Of a stretch of 64,000 nucleotides of DNA, positions 1 through 8,405 are shown one piece after another (position 1 is the first letter of the stretch; every line of letters starts with the position of its first letter). The position numbers and the translations under genes were made by a program. The stretch covers positions 6,146 through 70,145 of the forward strand of contig URIR01000001.1 of the NCBI GenBank assembly GCA_900547955.1, in the 5' to 3' direction. Under the pieces are notes generated by a model. That model had not been told where the DNA came from and searched no databases. It saw nothing but the letters and a program-made list of their open reading frames with translations. The stretch is from an uncultured Eubacteriales bacterium. GTDB taxonomy: Bacteria > Bacillota > Clostridia > Christensenellales > QALW01.

Positions 1-380
1 TTAATAAGTTCCTGAGTCTCAGAATTTTCGACATACTGATATTCTAATGCCGTTTTTTTATTTAGTAGCAAATTTTTTATTCTTATTGTCATCTTATTTT
101 TTCCAGTCAAACTGATTATCTCTGCAATTGTCGGTATAAGATTGATAAAGAGTATATATAAGACAATCATGACGATAGGAAGAAAGATTTCAGTAGTGTT
201 CCTTTTTCCTTCAAAAATGTCTATTGCGCAATCAATAAAATTAGCAATTGCAATGGTTTCATAAGCGGGCATCAATGCATTCGAAATTGTATATATAATT
301 GAAAATATCGATTGCAACGGAATGCAGCACATTGGATAAATTATGAAGTCTCTATTTTTAAACTTCAGTTTCTTTTTCAC
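1..380 (-). CDS. ABC transporter (exporter) N-terminal transmembrane part; the gene runs off the window
   Basis: Absent from the ORF track because it leaves the window. My translation from GTG 380 (RBS GAAGGAG about 10 nt upstream; alternative ATG at 332) reads VKKKLKFKNRDFIIYPMCCIPLQSIFSIIYTISNALMPAYETIAIANFIDCAIDIF...LEYQYVENSETQELI. This resembles the first TM helices of a type-I ABC exporter. It overlaps the 3' end of the rSAM/SPASM gene. Confidence 0.55.
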   Translation of the reverse strand, partial: MKKKLKFKNRDFIIYPMCCIPLQSIFSIIYTISNALMPAYETIAIANFIDCAIDIFEGKRNTTEIFLPIVMIVLYILFINLIPTIAEIISLTGKNKMTIRIKNLLLNKKTALEYQYVENSETQELI

Positions 381-1410
381 CCTGATTGATCTCCTTCAGC
401 GAGAGATTATAATTTGAAAAACGAATCTTTGCAAGCTTTTTGGCAAAATGGTCACATGAATATAAATCTTTATTCTCCATGAAAACCATTCCAGGACAAC
501 GATCACATTGAGTACTGTATTTACATTTATTACAGCATTTCAAATCTGAGTTTTTGATACTTTTAATTAACTTAAGTTCTTCTGAAGAATACCAGATGTC
601 TTTTAATGAATGATGATATATATTACCTATTTTATAAAAAAATGAGTTGCATGGGTAAACATCTCCTTGACAATCAATTGCAAAGGAATAAAACAAGGCG
701 GCACAAGGTACATTATTCGCATGTAAATGATCATTTCGAGAGATAGAATCTATAATTCTCATGGCAGAACATAAGTCACAGTCCTTGATACGAAGCATCT
801 GCGGCGAACTATCCCCGTCGTTCTTTGAAAAAATCAACGGCGATACCAAGTATTCAAAGCCATTTTCTTCGCAGTACGCTTGAATTTTAACAAAATTTTC
901 TAAATTTTTTTGCATTAAAGGCGTTTTTATACGTATTGGAATACCGGCTTCTTTTATTTCTCTCAGATTGTTTAACAGAAGTAATAGAGAGCCGCTCTTT
1001 TGTGTTATAGAATCATGGATGTATGGATTCATTGAGAAAATTGTGGTTGAAAACTCTGCAATATGAAAAGTTTTAAGTCTTGCGATTCGTTCACTATTGA
1101 GCAATGTCCCGTTGCTTAATAGAAAAACACGCATATATAAGCTTCTAGCAAACTCAATTATTTCAAACAGGTCGTCACGAAGAAATATTTCGCCTCCAGT
1201 TAATGATATATTCACTACACCTAGTTCTCTTAACTCTAAAAACAAAGCTTTAATTTTTTGCAAACTTAAACCAGAATTTGTATGAGAGGGAAGGTAGCAG
1301 TGTTCACATCTTAAATTACATTTTGTCAATAATTCTATCATAACACTAACAGGTCGATTTTCAGAAAAAGCCTTATTATAAAAATAATCAAGTAATAATT
1401 TTTGCCTCAT
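358..1410 (-). CDS. Radical SAM enzyme with C-terminal SPASM-type auxiliary cluster domain (peptide maturase)
   Basis: CNLRCEHCY (CxxxCxxC) near the N-terminus. Cys-rich C-terminus: CAALFY..CQGDVYPC..CCNKCKYSTQCDRCPG..C. The ATGA start/stop overlap with the upstream PqqD-like gene indicates translational coupling. Confidence 0.9.
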   Translation of the reverse strand: MRQKLLLDYFYNKAFSENRPVSVMIELLTKCNLRCEHCYLPSHTNSGLSLQKIKALFLELRELGVVNISLTGGEIFLRDDLFEIIEFARSLYMRVFLLSNGTLLNSERIARLKTFHIAEFSTTIFSMNPYIHDSITQKSGSLLLLLNNLREIKEAGIPIRIKTPLMQKNLENFVKIQAYCEENGFEYLVSPLIFSKNDGDSSPQMLRIKDCDLCSAMRIIDSISRNDHLHANNVPCAALFYSFAIDCQGDVYPCNSFFYKIGNIYHHSLKDIWYSSEELKLIKSIKNSDLKCCNKCKYSTQCDRCPGMVFMENKDLYSCDHFAKKLAKIRFSNYNLSLKEINQGEKETEV

Positions 1411-1688
1411 AAAATCCCCTCCACAATAAGTAAGTTTTTTCTTGTCAATTCTTTTATCTTTATTATTATTTTTTCGCTTATTCTCTCTTTATTATCTTTA
1501 TATTTTGTTGATAAAAAAGTGATAATTTCATCAAAGCTTTCAGTCTTCGATAAAAGCATCCAAAAATCTTTCATTATTCCTTTTAATAAAGTTAATTCAT
1601 TTGTTGTCTCGTCAAAAATAAATATCTCATTTCCTAATAATGTCCATGAAATGTTTTTTGAATACTGAATTTTGTTTATTATTTCCAT
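1407..1688 (-). CDS. PqqD-like peptide chaperone (RiPP recognition element)
   Basis: 93 aa. The pattern WTLLGNEIFIFDETTNELTLLKGIMKDFWMLL...FDEIITFL...IIIKIKELTRKNLL is typical of PqqD/RRE proteins. RBS AGGAG lies upstream, and the gene is coupled to the rSAM/SPASM gene. Confidence 0.75.
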   Translation of the reverse strand: MEIINKIQYSKNISWTLLGNEIFIFDETTNELTLLKGIMKDFWMLLSKTESFDEIITFLSTKYKDNKERISEKIIIKIKELTRKNLLIVEGIL

Positions 1689-1778
1689 ATTTCATACTCC
1701 TAGTACAAATACTTTAATGTCCAAAAGACTTGAAGAGCCATATTGAAGCATTTCAGCAGCTGAATTTAAAATATAATT

Positions 1779-1807
1779 ATCATATATAATAATTATATTA
1801 TTTGCAA
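1779..1807 (-). promoter_or_regulatory. Candidate internal sigma-A promoter (TTGCAA, 17 nt spacer, TATGAT) downstream of the precursor terminator
   Basis: Read on the minus strand: TTGCAA ataatataattattata TATGAT. It sits between the terminator hairpin and the PqqD-like gene. Confidence 0.4.
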
Positions 1808-1810
1808 GAG

Positions 1811-1861
1811 AATAAAAAATTAGGTGAAAGCGAGGTGATTGGTTCTACCTCGCTCTCACCT
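1811..1861 (-). terminator. Rho-independent terminator directly after the precursor peptide ORF
   Basis: 15-bp stem AGGTGAGAGCGAGGT / ACCTCGCTTTCACCT with one G-U pair and a 10-nt loop, followed by AATTTTTTATT on the minus strand. Confidence 0.7.
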
Positions 1862-1867
1862 ACCAGT

Positions 1868-1960
1868 TTACTTGCCATTGCAAGTACCCTGATTGCATTC
1901 GCCCATGTAGAACGCAACCAAAGACTTTTTCTTGGCATTTTTCTTAACCAACTTTTTCAT
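1868..1960 (-). CDS. Candidate RiPP precursor peptide, 30 aa: MKKLVKKNAKKKSLVAFYMGECNQGTCNGK
   Basis: Below the ORF-track size cutoff and found by hand. Strong RBS (GGAGGAATATGGC then ATG), a Lys-rich N-terminal half, a C-terminal ECNQGTCNGK with two Cys, and a strong terminator right after the stop. It sits between the ACP-like and PqqD-like genes. Confidence 0.65.
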   Translation of the reverse strand: MKKLVKKNAKKKSLVAFYMGECNQGTCNGK

Positions 1961-2155
1961 GCCATATTCCTCCTTTCATAAGTAAATGATAAAAGCGTTT
2001 ATGCGCTTTTATATATAATATTAATATTGGATTATTGAGGGCGTAGTCATGACCACAACTAAAAGACGTGGCATGAACGATATCCATAAAAGTGCATGAT
2101 GTTAGCTGTACCTAAAAGTAACGCTGAGATGTGGGTTGTGCATAACTTTATTTCT

Positions 2156-2413
2156 CTAAATCTCGTAATGGAACTTTGTTTTCTTTCCATTTTTGCTTTT
2201 TAGAATATCGCCAACAACAAGAACTACATAATGTAAATCACAGAATGTACTCATCAGCAAATATTCATCAGGAAATTCAATGTCAAATTCAGATTCAAGG
2301 CTGATTATTGCCGAAATAAAATTGATAGAATCCATATTGTCAAAATTTCCATTTTCCAATACAATTATCCCGTTTTCCTCTATACATTTTAATACTCTTT
2401 CATTAACAGTCAT
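2156..2413 (-). CDS. Acyl/peptidyl carrier protein-like small protein
   Basis: Start reassigned to the ATG at 2413 (RBS AAAGGAGATATACAT). It contains NMDSINFISAIISLESEFDIEFPDE, a DS(L/I) phosphopantetheine-attachment-like motif in an acidic helix context. About 85 aa. Confidence 0.65.
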   Translation of the reverse strand: MTVNERVLKCIEENGIIVLENGNFDNMDSINFISAIISLESEFDIEFPDEYLLMSTFCDLHYVVLVVGDILKSKNGKKTKFHYEI

Positions 2414-2426
2414 ATGTATATCTCCT

Positions 2427-4178
2427 TTAAACGTCATTTGAGAATTCATCTATAATCAATGAACATATTTGAGATGTATCGTTATCGTTCATTGAGAATA
2501 CTGGCAAATTAAATTGTTGTTCTAGCTCGTTCTTTATTCTTGAATATTCATTATTATCAACCTGTTCAATTTTATATCCAATCCCCGAAAGTGTAGCAAT
2601 TGCTTTCATCGGGAAAACAACAATGGCTTTTACTTTACCCTCGTCAATGGAATTCAAAAAATCAATTGTCTTTTTTATGTAATCAAAGTCATCATGCGGG
2701 TTGACACACAAAATAAAAACATCTGGTAAAGTACCCAACAAAAATGAATATTGTGATATCGCAAATTCATTGATATGTGAATTGTTGTAATGAATAACAC
2801 CAGATTGACAACCAGTTATTATAATATCTTTTTGTTTGAGCTGTACCTCAAAGATCATTTCATTTAGCGTTGCAATGTATTCGGATGGACTTAGATTAAG
2901 ATTCGCATGATATCCAAAATGAAATACATAATCAGCATTAAATAAGTATCCTGAGGGTTCTGTTATGATAGAACCAACATCATACCCTAACTGTGTTAGT
3001 TGATATATAATTTTTTGTTGCATCGTAAATTTCCCCTGTTTTGAACTTGTTCCAACAACCCCAACAACAGGAATAGTGACTTTGTATAATTTTAAGTCGT
3101 TTTCAATAGGCACATTGTTTTTTTCTATGTACGGATAGTAAATCGATTCATCAGATAAAGGGAGCGGTTCAAAAGAGTAAACATTTTTTCCAAAATACTT
3201 GGATTTACTTAGTATTTCCTCAACATAATTTCGTCTGGTTAACGCTGTTAAATCGGAAACACAAGACAATATAATGGTATCAAAGTTTTCTTGCCAGTCA
3301 ATATCATCAAATGATTTCACTATTTCGCCAAATATAGATTTTCCTACTTTTCCAGACAATCTATCATCATATGCACCAACCAGTTCGAAATTCAATTTAT
3401 CTTTAAAACGCAATAATGCATGACTTTCCTTATTAATAGGAAATACTATAGCTCTGCGTATATTAAAATTAGGCTTAATAAATTTTTTGCGCTTTTTTAG
3501 TGATATTGTTTTTGAACAAATAGAATGAATCATCGGAACAACATCAGAATAATATCCAACTTTCGCCGCTAACAATCCGCTAATATGTGCACAAGCAAAG
3601 CTTGTGCCTTTGATAATTGTTTTTGTATTTAGCCATAGGGTTCGATAATATCTATCAGATACTAAAAGATTAAATTTCCCATTTTCAACATATATTATTT
3701 CATCTTTTTTAACATCATTTTTTACATCTACTCCAACAACACTATCGAGAGCTGCCGGGAAAGAAACAGCGCCATTGTTATCGAATGCAGAAACAATGAT
3801 AACACCTTTTTTTGTTAATTTCGAACAAATATCATTTATTGCAGTATAATCATATAAATAGGTAACTCCTGCACTAATATTAATTATATCTATTTCAATA
3901 TTTTTATAGATAAATTCTAGTACTTTTACAAGACCAGATTCATCTACATTTAATTCATTGTTACAGATTCTAAATATAGTTATATCTATATTTTTGTTTG
4001 TATTCCAAAGAATATATGAAACAGCTGTTCCGTGTCCTACGAAATCTTCTATTAAAGTTTTGTGGATTTCCCATCCAGACGTGCCTTGATAAAGTGCATA
4101 TGAATCAATCACACAACTGCTTACAGGAGATAACGGAGATAACCCCGTGTCTATCACAGCAACCCTGGCATTTCTCAC
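2427..4178 (-). CDS. Subtilisin-like S8 serine protease fused to a C-terminal DUF1611-like (Rossmann + P-loop-like) domain
   Basis: N-terminal catalytic triad motifs VAVIDTG, HGTAVS and GTSFACAHISG. The C-terminal ~330 aa contain VVGVVGTSSKQGKFTMQQKIIYQLTQLGYDVGSIITEPSG, which resembles the GTxxxxGK segment of DUF1611 proteins. GTG start with RBS GAGGTGAGG. Confidence 0.8.
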   Translation of the reverse strand: MRNARVAVIDTGLSPLSPVSSCVIDSYALYQGTSGWEIHKTLIEDFVGHGTAVSYILWNTNKNIDITIFRICNNELNVDESGLVKVLEFIYKNIEIDIINISAGVTYLYDYTAINDICSKLTKKGVIIVSAFDNNGAVSFPAALDSVVGVDVKNDVKKDEIIYVENGKFNLLVSDRYYRTLWLNTKTIIKGTSFACAHISGLLAAKVGYYSDVVPMIHSICSKTISLKKRKKFIKPNFNIRRAIVFPINKESHALLRFKDKLNFELVGAYDDRLSGKVGKSIFGEIVKSFDDIDWQENFDTIILSCVSDLTALTRRNYVEEILSKSKYFGKNVYSFEPLPLSDESIYYPYIEKNNVPIENDLKLYKVTIPVVGVVGTSSKQGKFTMQQKIIYQLTQLGYDVGSIITEPSGYLFNADYVFHFGYHANLNLSPSEYIATLNEMIFEVQLKQKDIIITGCQSGVIHYNNSHINEFAISQYSFLLGTLPDVFILCVNPHDDFDYIKKTIDFLNSIDEGKVKAIVVFPMKAIATLSGIGYKIEQVDNNEYSRIKNELEQQFNLPVFSMNDNDTSQICSLIIDEFSNDV

Positions 4179-4213
4179 CAGACCTCACCTCATCAAAATC
4201 TAATTTAAATGAT

Positions 4214-5827
4214 TTACCCGAAAATTGGTTTGTAATAAATAAGCTGATCAATTTTTGCCAATTCGATTAATACTCTTTGTTGTATTCCCTTTAACTTCTT
4301 TTCAAGACTACAGTAACTTTCTAAAAACTGTGCAGTTTTTATATCAACCTGAATATGTATATTACTATCATCTAAAGAATTTATAATAAACATAAATATA
4401 TTGTAAGAAAACTCGTTGACAGCATTTAGCCATTCATAATATGCTTTATCATATTTCTTTATTAACGAGTCATATCCATAATAATGATAATATCGATTTC
4501 TCAAGAATTCTGTTCCATTATCGTTTGGTATTGATATTTTTTTATACACTTTAATTACTAAGGTATATATTTTTTGAACCTCTTCATTAACAAAATTATA
4601 ATTGAATTTGTATTTTAAAGCATCACATAAAGGCAGCAAGCCAAGGTGAAAAGGGAATAAACAATCCAAATCAATTTTTGTACTTATTGAAGTTAATGAA
4701 TTGGCAGTTAATTTACTGGCAATAATATACGGATTTAAATATAACCTTAAATCTCTAAAAGTTTGTATGTTATTGCGTAGACCATCAATAGTTGAATAGG
4801 GGTTAAAATTAATAAAACCATACTCCACTTTAACAAAATAATCATTGGTTAACTCGGTAAATACTTCCAATAAATTAATACATTTGTTAATCGACTGCAG
4901 ACCAGCCCGTTTTCTATACAATCTTAAATCGGATTCGTTAAAGCTTTCAATGCCTATAAATATCTTTCCGAGTCCATAATTTTTTAGACTTATTAAACTT
5001 TGAACAACCGCTTCGTTTATTTGTTCGGCTCTAATGTTGAAAGTAAACTGAATCCAGTAGTCCTTTTTTGATAGTGCATCATATAATTTATTTAGCCTGT
5101 TAACTACATCATTTGAAGAAACGAAAGTTGGATCAGAAAAACAAATAAATTTACATTGATATTTTTCAACCAAATAATCAATTTCTTTTATAATGCTTTC
5201 AATACTTCTACATCTTACACAATTTACACCATTGTTTGAATAAAGACTATTTCTATCACAAAATGTACAATACCCCTCACAACCTCGTGAACCGTAAACA
5301 TGAAAATAATTTGATCCTTGATAATCAAAGTCCCTATTAGGAAAAGGTAATTTGTCTATATCAGCCAATGGTCTTGGCTTGTTTACAATAATCTTACCAT
5401 TTTCTTTGAATGCAATTCCTTTGCAATATTTAACTTCTTTCCCATTAAGAAATAGGTTTGATAGCTCAATGAGCGTCTCTTCATATTCGCCTAAAATTGC
5501 AACATCAATTTGCGGAATCTCATTCAAAAGTTCTTTATAATGACGGTTGACCAATGTATGACATATAACTATTTTAGCGTATTTGTTAGCGTATTTAATT
5601 TCATTACATATTTTTACCAATAAATCATAACATCCATAGGAAAGAAAAATCACAAACAATTCAATATTTTCTTTTTTTATCAACTGTAGTGTTCTATCAA
5701 GATTGCTGCTTTCTATTTTTTGCACATAAATATCATTATTGATACTTTGAAGCGCGGCTATTCCATATGCAACTTCTAAGCAATGCAATTCATTATTAGA
5801 AAAATATATTGCGCCTATGCTTTTCAC
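4214..5827 (-). CDS. B12-binding-domain radical SAM enzyme (class B rSAM)
   Basis: The N-terminal ~150 aa show a Rossmann-like cobalamin-binding-domain pattern. This is followed by GSRGCEGYCTFCD (CxxxCxxC). GTG start with RBS AAGGAG. First gene of the cassette. Confidence 0.85.
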   Translation of the reverse strand: MKSIGAIYFSNNELHCLEVAYGIAALQSINNDIYVQKIESSNLDRTLQLIKKENIELFVIFLSYGCYDLLVKICNEIKYANKYAKIVICHTLVNRHYKELLNEIPQIDVAILGEYEETLIELSNLFLNGKEVKYCKGIAFKENGKIIVNKPRPLADIDKLPFPNRDFDYQGSNYFHVYGSRGCEGYCTFCDRNSLYSNNGVNCVRCRSIESIIKEIDYLVEKYQCKFICFSDPTFVSSNDVVNRLNKLYDALSKKDYWIQFTFNIRAEQINEAVVQSLISLKNYGLGKIFIGIESFNESDLRLYRKRAGLQSINKCINLLEVFTELTNDYFVKVEYGFINFNPYSTIDGLRNNIQTFRDLRLYLNPYIIASKLTANSLTSISTKIDLDCLFPFHLGLLPLCDALKYKFNYNFVNEEVQKIYTLVIKVYKKISIPNDNGTEFLRNRYYHYYGYDSLIKKYDKAYYEWLNAVNEFSYNIFMFIINSLDDSNIHIQVDIKTAQFLESYCSLEKKLKGIQQRVLIELAKIDQLIYYKPIFG

Positions 5828-6498
5828 AAACTTACTCCTTTTAATTATTGTTTATAGCCGCATTCTACTATAGAACGAATTCTCCCAATTTCACACTCTC
5901 TACAAACCATGAATTTAAAAAGACTTTTTAGTACTCACTCGAACACAAAAAGCGAAACAAGGTACAAATAAATACTATGATTCATGTCGCTCATAAATTT
6001 TATAGAAAATGAATAGAATAAACATAAGAAACTATAACTGCTATTATATGATAAAATTTGAACATATTTTTGACGTCCCATTTGTTGTTACGTTCTTTTA
6101 TCTTTTCTATTCATCTCCCTTTGGAATATTGCGTGAAAAATATTACTCATCTCCATTAGACTATCACACATTTTTTCAAATGTCAATATTTAATTTTAAA
6201 ATTTGCGGCTATATTATATATAAATTTCATTATATCTTTTGTCTAACATGTCGCAGTTTTGCTCTATCAAAAAACTAATAATTTGCACCATATTCATAAA
6301 TTTAATCGTATAAATATATTTTGTTGAATATATTTTATTAGAAATACCGTGAAACTTCCGATATCTCGCCTGAGAATCTGCAAAAGGTAATCAATAATTT
6401 GTTATCATCTGTTTTTATCGCTACATTTTTAATTAACATTGAGAGTGTATAAGTTTCACCATCTTAAGTTGCCCCTTGCCATTCAGTAACAATTTTTT

Positions 6499-7525
6499 CT
6501 ATGTTCTTTGTTTTACTTGTACCTTATATATTAATTGCTTTTTGATCGTGCCATATAAATCATAACCTGCAAAAATAAAATTTTTATCAGGTACAGTCGA
6601 TAAAGAATTAAAGTAAACAATTATAATTTGTGGAATAGTTTCTACTACATAACAATCTTTATCTATTTTAGCTAGAATCATTTCCTGTATAAAACCAATT
6701 ATTAGCTTCCCAAGTAATGAAGAAGCGTCTCCACAAGTGGGTATTCCTGTACCATTAAGACATAAGGAAGTTTTATCGATAGAATTTGTGGTATGTATGC
6801 CAATGCGCTGAACCGCTTTTCCTTCAACTGTTTGTGTATTTGTATATGTTGTACACTCGTGTTCAATCAATAAGAAGTTATCTTTCTCACACTACTCGTT
6901 TTCCAATACCACGTTGCTTTACAATTGTGTTGTTCTTTAATAATCAATTCTTTCAGTTTAAATCCAGCATTTTGGAAAATTCCCATAACTTCAAAAGACA
7001 TCGGGATCATACAGCCTTTTTGACGGGTATCTCCCATTAAAACAGCACAAAACTTGTCTTTTTTTAATATACGGTAGCTTTCAGCAGCATTTCCTCAATA
7101 AAGTCTTTGACTTTCAGATTAGACAAATTTTCTGCGATGTCCTTGCTGTATTTGATAATATCAGCATGAGGCGGGTGGGTAAAGATAAGGTCAATACTAC
7201 CGCTCTAAATAAAATCCAAGTGCCTTGCCTTTGCGAATATAAACCTTACTGTTTGCACCCTTGTGTTCAAAATCAATTTTAATTCTGCATCTATCAAGAG
7301 CAACATCGTTCACATCAACGCTGATGATATCACTCAGTAAACTGATCAAGTACTAAATCTCCCTCTTCCGAATATCGAAGTGATATATTCTTGGAATATA
7401 GGGCGACCAATTCCCACTCCATTTTGCATCGTGAGTCGCACAGTCGCCACGATTGGGAAAAGACCAGTATGTAGTAATTTCCGGTTCTGAATCTTCTGGC
7501 TCTGATTTTGTTGTTTTCTTTGCCG
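6499..7525 (-). pseudogene. Decayed DNA methyltransferase (N6A/N4C type) downstream of the DpnII-like endonuclease
   Basis: Pieces lie in three frames: YWSFPNRGDCATHDAKWSGNWSPYIPR / LRYSEEGDLVLDQF(stop) / VDVNDVALDRC..GFYLER(stop) / GSIDLIFTHPPHADIIKYS...ATVY(stop)...KFCAVLMGDTRQKG..FKLKELIIKEQHN..NFLLIEHE. The expected GxGTT AdoMet motif after VLDxF is deleted. The listed ORF 6499..6870 begins inside the last conserved motif. Confidence 0.65.
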
Positions 7526-8404
7526 TTATTTGAAGACCTCGCTAATGATTCCATTCTCCAAATCCTTGATGTTGTAAATATGTTCCATTACGTCAAAAGT
7601 TTCTTCAAGGTTGTTTCGGGCGCTTGTCCATCCTTTACCATCCGTAAACCATACAAAAGTGAATCCATCAATAGTATCCGTTTCAAGAGCAAGAGTCTTA
7701 TAGCTGCGAGCCGTTTCGTTGAGTTTACTGCCTCCGCTTCCATAAAAGTTGGTTTCAATGCCATAAATCATGCTGGGAGTTTTTATAACGAAGTCAAACC
7801 GCTTTTCCATTTTGCCTTGATTGGATATAGCAGAGAGATCGATATCCCATTTTGCGGTGATTTGGTGTATGTACATTTCCTTGAAGTAGGTTGTGTCTTT
7901 TACAAACTTTGCTTTCTTGATAAAGCTTTCAACTAAATCTTCCATCAAATGCCCGCCACGATTTTTACGACCGTTAGAATCCAATCCTGTCTCTACACCT
8001 GTAACATAGTCAACAAGATTATTGATGATGTGATTTTCCAGTAAGTCAAATAACCCTGTATGCTCCATAAAATAAGCATAACGCTCATAATGCGCATAGC
8101 TATTCGGAGAGTATTTTCCAAAGTTAAATTTGTACAGATAACCACCGTTTTCATCTTGACAATATATTTCATTAGCTCTGACTGCCAAAAGCAGAGGAAT
8201 ACATTTCAAAGCTTCAGGATACTTCTTGATTAAAGTTTTGAAATCTTCTTTAATGCTCTTAGAGCCAATAAGAGAATTCAGGATATTCAGTTCAACCTTT
8301 ATATTATCGATATTGCGGTGAACTTTTTCAAAGTCTATGTAATAGCGGTAGTCTGCTATGCTATCACGGAAACTTGATAACCATTCGTTGAAATTTCTCA
8401 CCAT
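7526..8404 (-). CDS. DpnII/MboI-family type II restriction endonuclease (GATC-type)
   Basis: MVRNFNEWLSSFRDS...VTGVETGLDSNGRKNRGGHLMEDLVESF...GIETNFYGSGGSKLNE matches my memory of the DpnII family. Start reassigned to the ATG at 8404, one nt after the stop of the upstream gene, with GAAGGAG as RBS. Confidence 0.8.
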   Translation of the reverse strand: MVRNFNEWLSSFRDSIADYRYYIDFEKVHRNIDNIKVELNILNSLIGSKSIKEDFKTLIKKYPEALKCIPLLLAVRANEIYCQDENGGYLYKFNFGKYSPNSYAHYERYAYFMEHTGLFDLLENHIINNLVDYVTGVETGLDSNGRKNRGGHLMEDLVESFIKKAKFVKDTTYFKEMYIHQITAKWDIDLSAISNQGKMEKRFDFVIKTPSMIYGIETNFYGSGGSKLNETARSYKTLALETDTIDGFTFVWFTDGKGWTSARNNLEETFDVMEHIYNIKDLENGIISEVFK

Positions 8405-8405
8405 A

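Noticed and set aside
5845-5910. 21-aa minus-strand ORF MVCRECEIGRIRSIVECGYKQ just upstream of the B12-rSAM gene, with three Cys; considered as a possible second precursor or leader peptide
   Set aside because: It has no Shine-Dalgarno sequence (the upstream context is AAAAGTCTTTTTAAATTC) and no resemblance to the better-supported peptide at 1868..1960. It is worth a look only if it proves conserved in homologous clusters.
6009-6278. 89-aa plus-strand ORF in the spacer upstream of the peptide cassette
   Set aside because: The region is extremely AT-rich. The sequence is Phe/Tyr/Ile-rich and low in complexity, has no RBS, and is probably a chance ORF.
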